Part shown: in pieces, positions 61,650 to 64,000 of the stretch
Position numbering within the stretch: position 1 is the first letter of the stretch
Layout of the letters: the number at the start of each line of letters is the position of its first letter
DNA from: Hemiscyllium ocellatum
Taxonomy: Eukaryota
Direction: 5' to 3'
Assembly (NCBI RefSeq): GCF_020745735.1
Contig: NC_083426.1
Location: 29,884,001 to 29,948,000 of the forward strand
DNA: 64,000 nt
The notes under the pieces: model-generated
What the model was told of the DNA's origin: nothing
Seen by the model: only the letters and a program-made list of their open reading frames with translations
The model's database searches: none
Made by a program: the position numbers and the translations under genes

Positions 61650-62915
61650 AATTGATGAAAACTGGGTATTAGGGCTATACGCTCTGCTGGTTGGAGTCAT
61701 ACCTGGTATGTAGGAACATGGTCATGGTTGTTGGACATCAATCATCTCAGCTCCAGGACATCAATGTTGGCGTTCTTCAGGCTAGTGACCTAGACCGAAC
61801 TATCTTCAGCTACTTCATCAACAACCTTCCCTCTATCATAAGGTCAGAAGTGGGGATGTTTGCCAATGATGGTACAATGTTCAGCACCATTCATGACTCC
61901 TCACATACTAAGTAGTCCGTGTACAAATACACCAAGACTGGACATTATCCAGGCTTGGACTGATAGGTGGCAAATGCCAGCAATCACCATCTCCAATAAA
62001 CGACAATATAACCATCACCACATGACATTCAATGCAATCATCACCATATCCCCATAACTGAATCCCACTATTAGCATCTTTGGGGTTACCATTGACCAGA
62101 AACTCAACTGAAATTGCTATATAACTACAGCAGCTACAAAAGCAGGTCAAAAGCTAGGAATACTGCAGTGAGCAACACATTTCCTGACTTCTGCAAAGTC
62201 TGTCTACCATATGCAAGGTACAAATCAGGAGTGTGATGGAATGCTCCCTAACTGCCTGGATGAGTACAACCCTAATGACACTCAAGAATAAAAAATAACA
62301 CAAGATCTTTTGCTATAGATTCTGCTTTATACGATCCTGCCCCACTAGCTACCTGACGAAGGAGCAGTGCTCCAGAAGCCAGTACCTCCAAGTAAATCTG
62401 TTGGCTATAACCTGATATTGTGTGATTTTTAACTTTGTCTACAACCAGCACCTCCATGTCATAACATTGAAGAAGTTTGGCACCATCCAGGACAAAGTAG
62501 CCTGCTTGATCGGCACCGCCTCCACAAGCATCTACTCCATCAACCACTGACACTCAGCTATAATGTGTACTGTCTGATGGACTGTAGAAATTTAGATTCC
62601 TTAGATAGCATCTTCCAAACCTACAACCATTTCCATCTTGAAAGACCAGGGCAGCAGATACGTAAAAGCACCACCACGTGGAAGATCTCCTCCAAACTAC
62701 TCACCATCCTGACTTGGAAATTTTTGTCATTCCTTACTGATGCAGAGCCAGAATCTTGGAATTCCCTCCTTAATGACGTTGTGGGACAACTGTCCGTATG
62801 TGGACTGTAGTGGTTCAAGAAGGCAGCTCACCTCCGCCTTCTCAAGGGAAATTAGGGATGGGCAATAAATACTGGCCTGCCAGTGGCACCCAGATCCCTT
62901 GAATGAATAAAACTA
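61650..62915 (+). mobile_element. CR1/L2-type LINE 3' half (RT to tail)
   Basis: GVLQASDLDRTIFSYFINNLP..MFANDGT (decayed PQG/FADD), YKxQIRSVME; tail GGGCAATAAATACTGGCC..TGAATGAATAAAA. Confidence 0.85.
62290..62460 (+). mobile_element. PLE family B pseudo-LTR inserted in the LINE
   Basis: ACCTGACGAAGGAGCAGTGCTCCAGAAGC..TATAACCTGATATTGTGTGATTTTTAACTTTGTC matches 2815-2945 and the reverse complement of 1461-1620. Confidence 0.85.
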
Positions 62916-63039
62916 AACAGCCGAATGAGTGATTACTTCACCCAGCTTACGTTTACTGAGATTGAATATTAGTTAAGTCCTGTCTGGATGGTTGCACCTA
63001 TGATGCAGAAGATGATGTTCCTCCTTGGAAAATTGCAGC

Positions 63040-63800
63040 CATTCTCCTAATTCAGCGTCCATTGCATCCTCTCTTTACCTCCTCCAGTTGTGCAGAGTGC
63101 AGCATTCTAGGATTATGCAACATTGCAAGGCATCTCCAGATCAATCCAAGTACCATACCTGTAACTTCAGATCAGTCATCAGCTTCCATTTACCCTAATT
63201 GGAGGATGCGTTGCAGTGAATCTATGCTTCATCTCAATTAGATGGTTGAAAAAGAGAATCTTCAGCCATAGTTGCAGGGGCCCTTGTCTCTGAGTGACCA
63301 GCTTTCTGTGGCACCCAGCCCTTGAAATAGGAGCATGAGATGTAGGTAGCTTCCCAGATAATTGGCACAGATTTTCAGGTTGTCATTCACATTGACAGAA
63401 TGGAATCATTTTACAGTTTATGAAGTCAGTTGCAGGTTATGAAATGGTGCTCTCAAAGCAATGTGTACACAGTTAATGTACCCTGTACTCTATCTGTTGG
63501 CAAAGTCTCTTGCCTGGCTGCAGTGTTGTCCTCTTCATAGGACACCGGATGAAGTGGTGTGATCTGACACAAATTGCATCGGTAACAGCCTTCATTAATT
63601 TGTAGATTTGAGGCTGTGAGATCTCACACAGATCCCCTTGGAAGGGGACAGCATAAATTTTACTGCAGCTGTCACCTTGTCACTCACTGTAGGATGGCCA
63701 CCAACTCCTTCATGTTGCAGGTCCTGTTCCAATAGCCGCCATTGTTCTGTGATAATGTCCTGGGACATCCTGTGTGTGATGACACTGTACCTTACTTATC
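63040..63800 (-). mobile_element. PIF/Harbinger (HARBI1-type) DDE transposase remnant
   Basis: Minus strand in order: KVTAAV.F, DLCEISQPQIYKLMKAVTDA, RVQG.INCVHIALRAP, FINCK.FHSVNV, YLGS, RDKG, SGDALQ, IILECCTLHNW; frameshifted. Confidence 0.8.
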
Positions 63801-64000
63801 TGAAGGAGATAACATCAAGATGACAGCTGGGCCTCTTTGTCTCCCTTTCTTGTGCTGACAGGACTTTCAGTCGCAATGCCTTCATGTGGAGGCTGTTAGG
63901 CAGCCACTGGAGGATGCTGCTAGTATTGTGCTTGTTAATGCCTCTGTTGTTCCTCAATTTCTCAGCGCCTTCATTGCACTGCAATAACAGTGATAACCTG

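Noticed and set aside
1-64000. Most entries in the six-frame ORF track as host genes
   Set aside because: They are alternative or antisense frames of SINEs, LINEs, PLE tails and microsatellites; the real HMGA1 exons are too short to appear in the track
54909-64000. HMGA third AT-hook and acidic-tail exons
   Set aside because: No PRGRPKK-type exon with splice sites was found by eye; probably beyond the window

Overview
Eukaryotic, repeat-rich DNA, almost certainly from a cartilaginous fish (shark-type HE1 V-SINEs, HER1/CR1 LINEs and Deu-domain SINEs). The only host gene I can support is an HMGA1-like AT-hook gene on the + strand, with coding exons at 51525-51626 and 54825-54908; the remaining exons were not found and probably lie beyond the window. 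Most of the rest is transposable-element debris: a near-complete CR1 LINE nested in a Rex1/Babar-like LINE, a decayed Gmr1-like Gypsy LTR retrotransposon (PR-INT-RT-RH order, tRNA-Pro PBS), PIF/Harbinger remnants, three SINE families and many Penelope-like element (PLE) pieces. The most striking pattern is a set of about 100-240 bp non-coding insertions made only of PLE pseudo-LTR sequence. Each carries an intact or decayed minimal hammerhead-ribozyme motif (CTGANGA-stem II-GAAA-CGTC), many fold back as an inverted repeat whose apex sits on the ribozyme, and most are flanked by 10-16 bp target-site duplications. At least four hammerhead-bearing families occur in the window. All family assignments come from reading and translating by eye; no database search was run, and boundaries of old repeats are approximate.
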